Of a stretch of 64,000 nucleotides of DNA, positions 39,107 to 49,813 are shown piece after piece. The notes under the pieces are model-generated. The model searched no databases, was not told where the DNA came from, and was given only the letters and a program-made list of their open reading frames with translations. The DNA is from Acidimicrobiia bacterium (GTDB lineage: Bacteria; Actinomycetota; Acidimicrobiia; IMCC26256; JAGNEX01): positions 137,208-201,207 of the forward strand of contig JACJWE010000001.1 of NCBI GenBank assembly GCA_020637365.1. The letters are read 5' to 3'. The position numbers and the translations under genes were made by a program. Position 1 is the first letter of the stretch, and each line of letters starts with the position of its first letter.

Positions 39107-40468
39107 ATGAGCGCGACCGAAGTTTCACCGCCGCCAAGCGTCACTCCGCAGCAGCACAATCCCATCGACGACGATAAGGGTTCGCGTCGCCGAAAGCTGG
39201 CGTTGGTCGCTCTGATCCTGACCGGCCCGACGCTGTTCGTCCTCATCACGATGGCGACGATCGGCGGTCCGAAGGATCCGTTCGCCCGGGAAGCCTTCGA
39301 CGATGGCGTCGATGGAGCCTATTTCATCGTTGGCGACGATCTGGTGGCGGCGAAGGGAACAGACCGGACCATCTGGGCGGATGCCGCTCGAGGTGTGACC
39401 GACTGGCGTCCCGATGTTCACGCCGATGGATGGTGGGCGATCAAGCCGTCCGAGGACGCACGCACCGTGACGATGTCGCTGTATGTGGCCGGTGAAGATG
39501 AACCACATGAGATGCTCGATCGCCCCAACAGCGGTCGGGTCGAAGTTGTTCAGGACGTCGTTTTTGTGAGTGGACCGGGCGACGGCACGGTGCTGCGACG
39601 TGAGCTGCTGACCGACCTTGGTGACCAAGACCTCGAGGTGAGTGACGATCCCCGATGGTTTGATGTTGGGCTCCTCGACGGAGCGGTGTGGGTGCTGGAT
39701 CAAGATGCGCCGTTCATGGCGCGGACCGAAGCCTTCTCGAACCACGTGACCCGTACAGCATCCTTCGCAGCGTTGGTCGATCCCGTGTGGGATCTCGGCT
39801 TCAACTCGGCCTGGGTCGTCGAGTCGGGGAGTGACCTCATGGTGCGACTCGACCTCAACACCAACAAGCGCCTCGAGATCCCCCTCGGCACATCTCAATC
39901 AGAGGTTTCGCTCGTGCTGTCGACCGGGCGGTATGTGTGGGTGATGTCGATAGACGGCACGTCTCTGGCCATAGATCCCGAATCCAACGACGTTGTTGCT
40001 CGCTTCGACACCTCGCCGTTAGAGGGTGAATCGGTCGGCGCTGTGTTCGATCGCGCCGTGCTCCGCCGACAGTTTGACTATGACGGCGCATGGGGTCTGT
40101 CGTCCGACGGCGACCTAGTGCGCTTTGAGGTCCCGGCGCCGAGTGACGGATTTCAGGCTCCTGAAGTGGTTGCTTCGGGAGACTTCGATCAGTTGATCGC
40201 TGACGACGGCAACGTATGGGCTTATGGTGGCGAGCAGGCTGTCGGTGTCGACGGCGATGACACGGTGTCGGTGGTTGCTCCGCCGGACGCGGTTATGACC
40301 GCCGATGAACAATCGCTGTGGTTCGCGTCCCCTGAGGGGGTGTTTCGGCTGGATGTCAAACATCCCGAGGAGGGCGTCGACTCGGTACGGGTTATCGGCG
40401 CGGATACCGACAAACGCCTTGGTGTGACCCAGCTGGTTGGCTATGCGCCCACGATTCCGGTCGACTGA
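39107..40468 (+). CDS. Membrane-anchored hypothetical protein with beta-propeller-like repeats
   Basis: N-terminal TM 'LALVALILTGPTLFVLITMATIGG', then repeated '..VWV...DG.L.R.D...' blades. Confidence 0.6.
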   Translation: MSATEVSPPPSVTPQQHNPIDDDKGSRRRKLALVALILTGPTLFVLITMATIGGPKDPFAREAFDDGVDGAYFIVGDDLVAAKGTDRTIWADAARGVTDWRPDVHADGWWAIKPSEDARTVTMSLYVAGEDEPHEMLDRPNSGRVEVVQDVVFVSGPGDGTVLRRELLTDLGDQDLEVSDDPRWFDVGLLDGAVWVLDQDAPFMARTEAFSNHVTRTASFAALVDPVWDLGFNSAWVVESGSDLMVRLDLNTNKRLEIPLGTSQSEVSLVLSTGRYVWVMSIDGTSLAIDPESNDVVARFDTSPLEGESVGAVFDRAVLRRQFDYDGAWGLSSDGDLVRFEVPAPSDGFQAPEVVASGDFDQLIADDGNVWAYGGEQAVGVDGDDTVSVVAPPDAVMTADEQSLWFASPEGVFRLDVKHPEEGVDSVRVIGADTDKRLGVTQLVGYAPTIPVD

Positions 40469-40613
40469 TGAGGACGTCGCCGAATGCGCTCGCCGGACGG
40501 TGCGGTGAGCCTGAGGGTTCGTGTGCGTGGCGTATCGGGGTAGGCGTTACCGGTCGGCGTCACGATGGCCGATAGGATATGCGGCTCCGCTGCCCGTCTT
40601 GGTGGCGAGACTT

Positions 40614-40685
40614 GGCGGTGTGGTCGAGTGGCTTAGGCAACGGCCTGCAAAGCCGTGTACACCGGTTCGATTCCGGTCACCGCCT
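40614..40685 (+). tRNA. tRNA-Cys (anticodon GCA)
   Basis: Acceptor ggcggtg/caccgcc, anticodon stem acggc/gccgt, loop ctGCAaa, T-loop ttcgatt, 72 nt. Confidence 0.93.
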
Positions 40686-40697
40686 CAACATGAAAAC

Positions 40698-40736
40698 GGT
40701 GGAGCTCCGCATCATCGGGGCTCCACCCTTTTTTTT
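40698..40736 (+). terminator. Rho-independent terminator
   Basis: Stem ggtggagc/gctccacc followed by a T8 run. Confidence 0.85.
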
Positions 40737-41011
40737 GACAGGTTCCGTGCCCTGTTAGAGCACTGCTTGTTTCCTACTCGACAAGTCGGTGGAACCCTGC
40801 CCTTGTTGAGCTGGGTTTTTGGAAACGCTGATCGATTTAAACGTCACTTGATCTGGCATTCGCAAGCTGAGGGAAATAGTTTTACGTCGGTCGGGACGCA
40901 CCCTCGGGGAGGGGTGGCCTATAGTCCCGGCAGGAACAACCGCTCTGAGTGGTTGTTTCCACGGGACTAACGGGACACCGCCTTAGCGCGGACGGGGATT
41001 ATCGGGGACAA

Positions 41012-42289
41012 ATGGATACTGAAAGCCGGCGACTTGGGCGTCTTCCGGGCATGATCTTGGCGCTGGCCGCCTTTTTGAGTGTCTTTGCTGGCCTGTCGGT
41101 GGCGAGCAGCTCTGCTAGTGAGCTTTCTCAAGTGAGGACCGCCACGACCACTGATGGTGGTGTCTCCTTCTTTCGGCTCCCTCAGCCATTTGAGGCTGGG
41201 ATTATTGGTGTCAGCGCTGGGACTGGCGACGCGCAGACCTCCGTCCTGGTTCGAGTGCGGTCGGCGGTTTCCGAAAGGTTCCCAGCCCAGCTGAAAAACG
41301 CCGCGGCAGCGGACGCTCATGCGGCGCTGACCTGGAGCGACTCCTGGCAGGATGTCGCCACTCAACACTTATCCTCGATCTCGCTCGGTTCACCCGACGG
41401 TGCAGCCGCCGGAGGCGCTGACCCTTCACAGGTTGAGCGACCGGGCAACGATGCGGCCGACGGTGATCAGCCCGACTCCGATGTTTCCGATGCCGCTGAG
41501 GGCGGTGCGGCTGGCTCGACGACGACCCAAGCCGCGGGACGAGACATCGACGACGCATCAACGCAGAAGACGACGGGCACAGGTCACGCTGGGTCGGCGG
41601 ATGCGGTCAAGACCAACGATGTCGAACCGACGGACAGCAGCCCGGTGGTCGACGACGTTGTTGCCTCATCCCAGCCCGAGGTTGACCAGGACATTCCCGT
41701 CGTCCAGGTAACCGTTCCAGCACAAGCGCCGGTGAGTACCACACCGCCTGCTGCGCCTCCAGTCCCGACACCGACGACGACCCCGGTCACGGTCCCCCAG
41801 ACCACCGCTCCCGCCAGCCCCACCGCGAGATCAGGCGGTCAGACCCCTCAACAGGTGGTCGATCAGGCGCTCACACTCATCAACTATCCATGGCAAACGC
41901 TCGGGGTGCGGATCGATGCCTACGGGCCAAACCCGTCCCTGGCCGGTGAGGCTTTCACCGATCACATCGACATCTACGTATCGCCCGACCAGACCGTTGC
42001 CGACGTCGCCTGGATCATCGCTCATGAGATGGGGCACGTCGTCGACTACCGATACAACGACACGGCTCGCCGTGCTGAGTACCTCAGTCTGCGTGGGGTA
42101 GGCGGGTTGTCGGCCGACTATCAGTCGTGGACAGGGGGCGGACCCGGTACGACCCGAGCTGCAGCATCTGAAGACTACGCAGACGTTTTCGCTATCTACC
42201 TGATGGGCAACCTGAACTGGACCTCGAGCCTTGCCCCCCGAACATCGCAGGCTGAAGCGCAGACATTTGAGCGGTTCTTCTGGCCGTAG
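41012..42289 (+). CDS. Secreted protein with a long acidic/disordered region and a C-terminal HExxH metalloprotease-like domain
   Basis: Signal peptide 'MILALAAFLSVFAGLSVASSSA' and 'WIIAHEMGHVVDYRY'. The ATG at 41012 is preferred over 40949. Confidence 0.6.
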   Translation: MDTESRRLGRLPGMILALAAFLSVFAGLSVASSSASELSQVRTATTTDGGVSFFRLPQPFEAGIIGVSAGTGDAQTSVLVRVRSAVSERFPAQLKNAAAADAHAALTWSDSWQDVATQHLSSISLGSPDGAAAGGADPSQVERPGNDAADGDQPDSDVSDAAEGGAAGSTTTQAAGRDIDDASTQKTTGTGHAGSADAVKTNDVEPTDSSPVVDDVVASSQPEVDQDIPVVQVTVPAQAPVSTTPPAAPPVPTPTTTPVTVPQTTAPASPTARSGGQTPQQVVDQALTLINYPWQTLGVRIDAYGPNPSLAGEAFTDHIDIYVSPDQTVADVAWIIAHEMGHVVDYRYNDTARRAEYLSLRGVGGLSADYQSWTGGGPGTTRAAASEDYADVFAIYLMGNLNWTSSLAPRTSQAEAQTFERFFWP

Positions 42290-42319
42290 ACCCTCCAGGG
42301 TGTCTGCGGCTTGCCGGAA

Positions 42320-42715
42320 TCAGCCCTCTTTGTCGATGAGTGATTGCAGTTCGTCGATCCGGGCGAGGGCCACGGCGAGGTCTTCGCCCGCTTTTGTCCC
42401 GGCCTGCGCTCGAAGGTCTATGAGCTCCGCTTGGAGCGTTGCGATGCGTTGCTGCATGCGCGTGATCTGGTTGCCACGGAACTCATAGCCGATTCGCAGC
42501 GTGTCGACGGCTTCTAATTCTTGGGCGAGAGTTCGATCTTGGGTTGCAATCGGCGCAAGCCCATGTGCGGCCTCGTCGAGGTGCTGGCGGACCGCTTGGA
42601 GGCGTCGCTGCGCCGCTTCGAGCGACTCTGATGTGTGGGGGCCGCATTGGTGTGTCCCGGGCATAGTTGAGGGCACCTCGACCGTTCGTCTTGTTGCGAT
42701 AACCATTGAACCCAC
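42320..42715 (-). CDS. Hypothetical coiled-coil protein
   Basis: Heptad-rich 'RMQQRIATLQAELIDLRAQ...LARIDELQSLIDKEG'. An alternative start is at 42664. Convergent with the HExxH gene. Confidence 0.45.
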   Translation of the reverse strand: MGSMVIATRRTVEVPSTMPGTHQCGPHTSESLEAAQRRLQAVRQHLDEAAHGLAPIATQDRTLAQELEAVDTLRIGYEFRGNQITRMQQRIATLQAELIDLRAQAGTKAGEDLAVALARIDELQSLIDKEG

Positions 42716-42970
42716 CCTTGGAACCGTTCACGACCACCCGTGTCGTGTTTGTACCCCGGGAGACGGCTGGGGTGCGGGACCTGTCGCGCTCTTATCAAGT
42801 TATTGATGTTATTGAAGTGGTAACGATCACTGTGTGGTTGATGGCTTCCCGAAGAGTGAGATGTTGGCGAATACTGGTCGGTGTCTCGTTGTCCTGTTGT
42901 CGTTGGCAGGCGGGCGCTACAGCGTCGGCCGAGCACTGCGCTTCGTTCCTTTCGTCATGGCGAGAACACA

Positions 42971-43009
42971 AAACGGGGGCCGGGCTGAGAATCAGCCCGG
43001 CCCCCGTTT
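42971..43009 (-). terminator. Rho-independent terminator for the LAxTG protein gene
   Basis: Perfect 15-bp stem aaacgggggccgggc/gcccggcccccgttt. The minus strand continues with ttttgtgtt. Confidence 0.8.
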
Positions 43010-43058
43010 GAGGAAGCTCACCGAGCACCGCAAGCGGCGCCTGGAGTTGTTCGGTCGG

Positions 43059-44144
43059 TTAGCGCTTGTCGCTAGGGCGAATCGCTCGGCTCATGGCCGT
43101 ACCGATCAGCAGGGTACCGAGACCCAGAAGGATCAACGGGAGCGTCGACAGGCCACCACCGGTGAACGCCAGACGGCCGGTTTGGTTCATCGAAGCAGGA
43201 AGCGTCGATGCCGTTTGGAACGTGCTTGCGGTCGTGTTGGTGTTGTTGTAGTTGCCGTTGTGGTCGTGACCATCGTCGTGACCATCGTCAGTCGTGGTGG
43301 TCGTCGAGTCGTCCGTTGCCTCGGTCGTGGTCGTAGTCGGGTCCACCGGGGTGTTGGTGAACATCAGCCACTTCATCTCGTTCTCTTCTTTGAACTGGTA
43401 GGTCAACGGGTTGTCGCCGTCGACTTCCCAGCCTTCTTTGTCGAGTTCGGTGACCGTGTATTGGCAGTGTGCGCCGTCTTCGGTCTCGACCCAGACGGGA
43501 ATGTTGATGTGCTGGTCGCCGTACAGCGTGAAGTTGTCGACGTCGGGGCAACCCTGAATGGAGTCCACCTCGAACTCAAACGGAGTAGTCGGCTGATCAG
43601 CATCGGCTGGAGAGAGCATCTTGGTCACTTCGAGGATGCCGCAGTGTTCGCTCGGATAGTGGTACACCCGGATGAAGGTCTCGCCGTCGTTCGCTGGCGT
43701 GTAGTAGGTGTCGTCTTCGAGCGGGTCGGTGTTCAGGTTGTTCTCGGCGTCGAGGACGGACCAGCAGAAGTTGTCGTCAAAGGTGACCACGTACTTGCAC
43801 TTGTTGTCGTCGTCATCCAAGACGGGAACGTCCATGGTGCTCGAAACTCGTGACGAGCCGTTCTCTTCAATCTCGAGTTCGACCGTTACCGGGTCGTCGA
43901 GGCAGTCGATCAGGCCGGGAGCGTTGTCCACCGTGTAGGTGAAGGTCTCGCTTCCGTTGATGTAATCATGCCAATCAACGTTGTTGTCTCCGCCCACAAC
44001 CACCTCTTCGATGGTGAAGGCTTCGGTGTCATCAACTTGAGCGCCAGCCGCCACTGGCAACATCATCAAAACGATGGCTGCAATCGCCACAGCCACCGGC
44101 AAAGTCCGCACACGTACGAGCACGATGAATTTCCTCCCGGTCAT
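43059..44144 (-). CDS. Cell-wall-anchored surface protein (LAxTG sortase signal)
   Basis: Signal peptide, Thr-rich and His/Asp-rich stalk ('DDGHDDGHDHNGNYNN'), and C-terminal 'LAFTG' plus TM plus a basic tail. An alternative GTG start at 44123 follows the RBS gggagg. Confidence 0.8.
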   Translation of the reverse strand: MTGRKFIVLVRVRTLPVAVAIAAIVLMMLPVAAGAQVDDTEAFTIEEVVVGGDNNVDWHDYINGSETFTYTVDNAPGLIDCLDDPVTVELEIEENGSSRVSSTMDVPVLDDDDNKCKYVVTFDDNFCWSVLDAENNLNTDPLEDDTYYTPANDGETFIRVYHYPSEHCGILEVTKMLSPADADQPTTPFEFEVDSIQGCPDVDNFTLYGDQHINIPVWVETEDGAHCQYTVTELDKEGWEVDGDNPLTYQFKEENEMKWLMFTNTPVDPTTTTTEATDDSTTTTTDDGHDDGHDHNGNYNNTNTTASTFQTASTLPASMNQTGRLAFTGGGLSTLPLILLGLGTLLIGTAMSRAIRPSDKR

Positions 44145-44199
44145 CGCTCATGAATCCACTGCTCATGAATCCGGCAAGCATAGCGGTTGACCTCGCTGA

Positions 44200-45728
<1,529 letters not shown>

Positions 45729-45865
45729 CACCTGATGACGATGTGAGCGTCCACCCGATGAGTGGATCGACGCTTCGCAGCGTTTTGAGCCGCGCTCTTC
45801 GACGCCGCATCGGTATCGCACCGAATCCCGCTCGGCGAACGCCAGGTTGCTATCATCTCCCGGCC

Positions 45866-45937
45866 GGGCGATTAGCTCAGGGGAAGAGCGCTTCCTTGAC
45901 ACGGAAGAGGTCAGAGGTTCAAATCCTCTATCGCCCA
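45866..45937 (+). tRNA. tRNA-Val (anticodon GAC)
   Basis: Acceptor gggcgat/atcgccc, anticodon stem cttcc/ggaag, loop ttGACac, T-loop ttcaaat, 72 nt. Confidence 0.93.
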
Positions 45938-45943
45938 CACCGC

Positions 45944-45982
45944 AAAAAGCCAGGTCAGAGCATGCTTCTGACCTGGCTTTTT
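45944..45982 (+). terminator. Rho-independent terminator
   Basis: 12-bp stem agccaggtcaga/tctgacctggct followed by tttt. Confidence 0.85.
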
Positions 45983-46227
45983 CGCGTCCGGTCGTCGTTT
46001 CTCGCAACTGTGATCCAGAAAGTGATCCGACAAGTGAATCCTTGCGCAGGTCTTTGAGGCACGTTGTCAGAACGAGCGGGGACGTCACCGCTCCGTTACA
46101 ACTCCGTGAGCGTGGTTGGCCTCGGGTGGAGGTGAGTGTTGTCCGTCGCCTAAACGTGTAAAGGAGTTCACCCGACATGCGGTGACTTGGATGGAGCACG
46201 AACAGGGGGTGAGACGGAGCGGGACCG

Positions 46228-46977
46228 TTGCAGCGCAGAATAGATGCGGTCGGGCGCGTCCGGCGATGGATGGTTGTCGCGGTCGCAACGATGTTGGCGT
46301 GTGGCCTCTTTGCCAACCCACGCCCCGTTGGAGCGTCGCCGCTGCCTTGGATCATCAACGTGGGGGATAGCTGGTCAGTCCGCAACATCGCCGCGCTGCC
46401 CGCCGCGTTTTCGGGCCGTGCCCATGTGGTGACGATCCCGGTGACCAGCTACTGGGCCAGGGATTGGCGCAAGGACCCGATCTTTGGCCTCACCCAAGTT
46501 CGTCTCGCCGTGAATAGCGCGCCACCGAACTCGGTCGTCTATCTCAGTCTCGGAGGTCCCGATTTGAGGGACGTTCTGCGGGGCAACGCCCCCGACACCA
46601 CCGAGGCTGATATCGGCTGGGTGATCGACCAAATCCTTGCGATGCGCGACGACCTGCGAGTCATCATTCCTGGCTACGACCTGCCCAATCTCACGGTCGA
46701 GGACTACTGCAGGGAGGAAGCGATGAGGATCGCTGGCACCCTTGACCCAGTACCTGGCAACACCGCGTTCTTGGGCCTTCGTGACATCTATAACCGCCTT
46801 GGGGCGTCGAGGCCCCGAGTCGTCGCGCCGGATTTGTGGGGCTTTCTGCAAGGACGTCCCGGTGATCCCGATCTCACTCAATGGACCCCTGCAGAGCTGA
46901 TGTCGGACTGCACGCATCCGACCCTGCGGGGCTTTGAACGCCGAGCCAAAGCACTCGCAGCGATGGTCGACATCTAG
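46228..46977 (+). CDS. Secreted SGNH/GDSL-family hydrolase
   Basis: Signal peptide, block I 'INVGDSWS' and block V 'DCTHPT'. An alternative ATG is at 46270. Confidence 0.7.
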   Translation: MQRRIDAVGRVRRWMVVAVATMLACGLFANPRPVGASPLPWIINVGDSWSVRNIAALPAAFSGRAHVVTIPVTSYWARDWRKDPIFGLTQVRLAVNSAPPNSVVYLSLGGPDLRDVLRGNAPDTTEADIGWVIDQILAMRDDLRVIIPGYDLPNLTVEDYCREEAMRIAGTLDPVPGNTAFLGLRDIYNRLGASRPRVVAPDLWGFLQGRPGDPDLTQWTPAELMSDCTHPTLRGFERRAKALAAMVDI

Positions 46978-47026
46978 GTGCTCGCGTTGCTCTGCATTCG
47001 CCTTTTCAGAAGTGAGGAACACAACT

Positions 47027-47824
47027 ATGCCCAAAGGAAGAAGCATCGACCCGGTTGCACGCGTCCGCCGTTCCTTCCGAATAGCGCTGGCACTATCGGT
47101 CGCACTGCTGTTGGGAGCGTCAAACGTTGCGGTGGCCCTGCCGCAAACTCATCCCAGGCCATGGCTGATCGTCGTCGGTGACAGCTGGGCCGGACGTCTC
47201 ACCAAATACCTGCGATCCGCGCCACCCGAACACTTCGAGGTGCATTCGATCACTCAGGGCTCAGCCCGAGCAGCCGGAATCGTGAACAACGAATTTGGTC
47301 AGCTCGATGAGGCGTTGACGAACGTATCGCAGGCGCCTCCGGGCTCTGTCGTGGTTGTCACCCTCGGATCATCGGACATTGGATTCCGCCGTTTGCGCCG
47401 CCAAACGCACTCGTTCGAAGAAGAGATGCGGCGGGTCCGTACGGGGCTCGATACGCTCATCGAGCAAGTTCTTGCGACCTCACCCAACGTCGGTGTTCTG
47501 CTCGGTGGTTACGACGTCTTGCCGATCGACGGTCGCCCTTTGTGCAGCCTGGAAGCACAACTGCTCTTGGGGACGGCGAAACCGACCGTCCTCAACGGCG
47601 AGATGGGGGCGCTCTTTGAGGCGTTGAGAACGCTTGCTGATGGGCGAGAGCGAGTTGAGGTATTGGAAAGCCTCGGCACGCTACAAGGCCGGCCCGGCGA
47701 TCCCGATCTGAACACGTTTTCGCCGGGACGTTTTCAAGACGGCGTCGATTGTCACCATCCCAATACCGCAGGTGCGGCGCTCTTGGCAGATGTGCTGGTG
47801 TCGGGCGCCGAGCGGGCCGTCTGA
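47027..47824 (+). CDS. Secreted SGNH/GDSL-family hydrolase (tandem paralogue)
   Basis: RBS gaggaa, signal peptide, 'IVVGDSWAG' and 'DCHHPN'. Same architecture as the upstream gene. Confidence 0.7.
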   Translation: MPKGRSIDPVARVRRSFRIALALSVALLLGASNVAVALPQTHPRPWLIVVGDSWAGRLTKYLRSAPPEHFEVHSITQGSARAAGIVNNEFGQLDEALTNVSQAPPGSVVVVTLGSSDIGFRRLRRQTHSFEEEMRRVRTGLDTLIEQVLATSPNVGVLLGGYDVLPIDGRPLCSLEAQLLLGTAKPTVLNGEMGALFEALRTLADGRERVEVLESLGTLQGRPGDPDLNTFSPGRFQDGVDCHHPNTAGAALLADVLVSGAERAV

Positions 47825-48025
47825 TCCCAACCTTCGCAGAGCTCTCAGTATGTTGCACCCCTGCGGAGCTCGGATTTGGGCGTGCATGCACACGGACCGC
47901 GTGGGTTGTCGGGAAAAGTCGGTTGTGCGCAGAGAATCGCTCGGTGCAAGACGGATTTCGTGCGCGATGACGTGTACAAAGGGGGCTCCACACGTGCAGA
48001 TCGACAACTCAGGGAGAGGGCCGAC

Positions 48026-48441
48026 ATGAGCGACATGAACGACTGGAACAAGCAAATCATTGCCGAGTTTCGTGAGAACGACGGCAAGGTCGGCGGCAAC
48101 TTCGAGGGCGCGCCGCTGCTGTTGTTGCACACGACCGGGGCCAAATCCGGTTTGGAGCGGATCAATCCGCTGATGTACCAGGATCTCGGAGAGGACGCAT
48201 CGCTGTGTTCGCATCAAAAGCCGGTGCCGACACCGATCCTGACTGGTTTATCAACGTCAAAGCAACGCCCGCGGTCACCGTTGAAGTCGGTACCGAAACG
48301 CGTGCTTTTACCGCACGTCAGGCCGAAGGGGACGAACGCGACCAGATCTGGGAGAAGCAAAAGGCTGACTTCCCCGCGTTCGCTGGCTATGAGGCGAGCA
48401 CCGACCGAATCATCCCGGTCGTCGTTCTTGACCCCGCGTAG
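48026..48441 (+). pseudogene. Deazaflavin (F420)-dependent nitroreductase-family (DDN-like) protein, 1 frameshift
   Basis: 'WNKQIIAEFRENDGKVGGNFEGAPLLLLHTTGAKSG' continues in another frame as 'FASKAGADTDPDWFINVKATPAVTVEVG...DERDQIWEKQK'. The shift is near 48198. Confidence 0.7.
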
Positions 48442-48687
48442 GTCGGGGCGCACACAGCAGCGCGTTTCTTGCCGGGCCAGCCAGTCGCAGGCCGTGTGCC
48501 GGTGATCGAGATGTGAGCTCGCAAAGGCAATCTGGCCTTTGGCCCGGCTGGCGCAAGATCGCTATCGCCTCAGATCTGCTCGGCACGCAGGTTCGTGGTT
48601 CGGTCTTGACCGCTGGTGATGTGATCAAAACCTGGAGTGTCGGCATCGGCACGTTCTCGAACCGGTGTCGTTGATTCGCGGAGGACG

Positions 48688-48864
48688 ATGATGCGCTGGA
48701 AGACCTTCAACTTGATCCTGGACGGGTTCATGTGCGCGGCTGTCTTCGCGTCGGTATACAGCAGTCCACGCTGGAATGATGTGCCAACGGTGATCCCAAT
48801 CGTCGTGGCCGTGCTGGCAGCCATCGCGACCTATTGGGTGCTCGGCAAGGTCTTCAAGCGTTAG
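48688..48864 (+). CDS. Small two-TM membrane protein (58 aa)
   Basis: RBS ggagga 5 nt before ATGATG, with hydrophobic helices 'LILDGFMCAAVFASV' and 'VIPIVVAVLAAIATYWVL'. Confidence 0.4.
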   Translation: MMRWKTFNLILDGFMCAAVFASVYSSPRWNDVPTVIPIVVAVLAAIATYWVLGKVFKR

Positions 48865-48877
48865 CGAGTCGGTGGTG

Positions 48878-49813
48878 TCAGGAGGGGAGCATGATGAACT
48901 CGGCGTCTGACCAGCAGAGACCGTCTTTGACGAGGGAGTCGACTAAACGGCCAGCGGTGAGGTCGTCGCGCCCCATCAACCGAGCGGCATCAGATCGCAG
49001 GACAGGCGCACTGTTGAGAGCTTTCATCAGGCGTCCGCGCGCTTGTCGATCGCTTCCCTCGAAGGGCGCTTGGCGGACACTGACTCCGGCGGAACCCGTC
49101 GCTGGGTCCGGTGAGCCAGCGGGTGCATTTGACCAGCGGCAGGTTGACCTGAGCGGACACTGCGAGCACAGTGGAACTGGGCGACAAAAGGCAGCGCCCA
49201 GGTCCATGAGCGATTGGTTCCAATCCCAGGACCGTCCCATGGGTAGGTAGTCGTCGGCTAGGCGCTGTACCTGGCGAGGTGTCAACCGACTGCTGGTCAG
49301 TCGGGCGAAGATGCGGGCAATGTTGGTATCGACCACAGCGGCATCCTGCTCGAACGCGAAAACGAGCACGGCGCGAGCGGTGTACGGGCCAACGCCCGGC
49401 AATGCCATGAGCTCGTCGAGATCCTGGGGGAAGCGCCCACGCTCGTTCAGCTGGTCCGCGATCATGCGAGCGGCGTTGTGCAGATTGCGTGCCCGGCGCG
49501 GATAGCCCAGCCCCTGCCAGAGCCGAAGAACGTCTGCGAGAGGAGCATGCGCGCAGCTCGCAGCGGTCGGAAAACGGTCGAGGAATGCCCGCCATTTAGG
49601 GATCACTCGATCGACTTGGGTCTGTTGCAGCATGACCTCGCTGACGAGGATCTCCCAAGGGTCCCGGGTTTGGCGCCATGGCAGCTGTCGCAATCGCGGC
49701 ACACCCCAGTCGAGAACCGCAGTCACACGTTCGGCGCGTTCCGACGCGCCCGTTCGTTGTAGGTCGGGGTGCGATGGATCGTGTCGATGCGGTTTGAATT
49801 TGGTGTCGGTCAC
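48878..49813 (-). CDS. mutY: A/G-specific adenine DNA glycosylase
   Basis: 'DPWEILVSEVMLQQTQV', HhH 'LPGVGPYTARAV', 4Fe-4S Cys cluster 'CRPVPLCSQCPLRSTC' and a C-terminal NUDIX-like domain. Confidence 0.9.
   Translation of the reverse strand: MTDTKFKPHRHDPSHPDLQRTGASERAERVTAVLDWGVPRLRQLPWRQTRDPWEILVSEVMLQQTQVDRVIPKWRAFLDRFPTAASCAHAPLADVLRLWQGLGYPRRARNLHNAARMIADQLNERGRFPQDLDELMALPGVGPYTARAVLVFAFEQDAAVVDTNIARIFARLTSSRLTPRQVQRLADDYLPMGRSWDWNQSLMDLGAAFCRPVPLCSQCPLRSTCRWSNAPAGSPDPATGSAGVSVRQAPFEGSDRQARGRLMKALNSAPVLRSDAARLMGRDDLTAGRLVDSLVKDGLCWSDAEFIMLPS

Noticed and set aside
40521-40970. A 149-aa ORF spanning tRNA-Cys and its terminator. The ORF at 38733-39110 similarly spans tRNA-Gly.
   Set aside because: Both overlap hand-folded tRNA genes and intrinsic terminators, and their translations are featureless.
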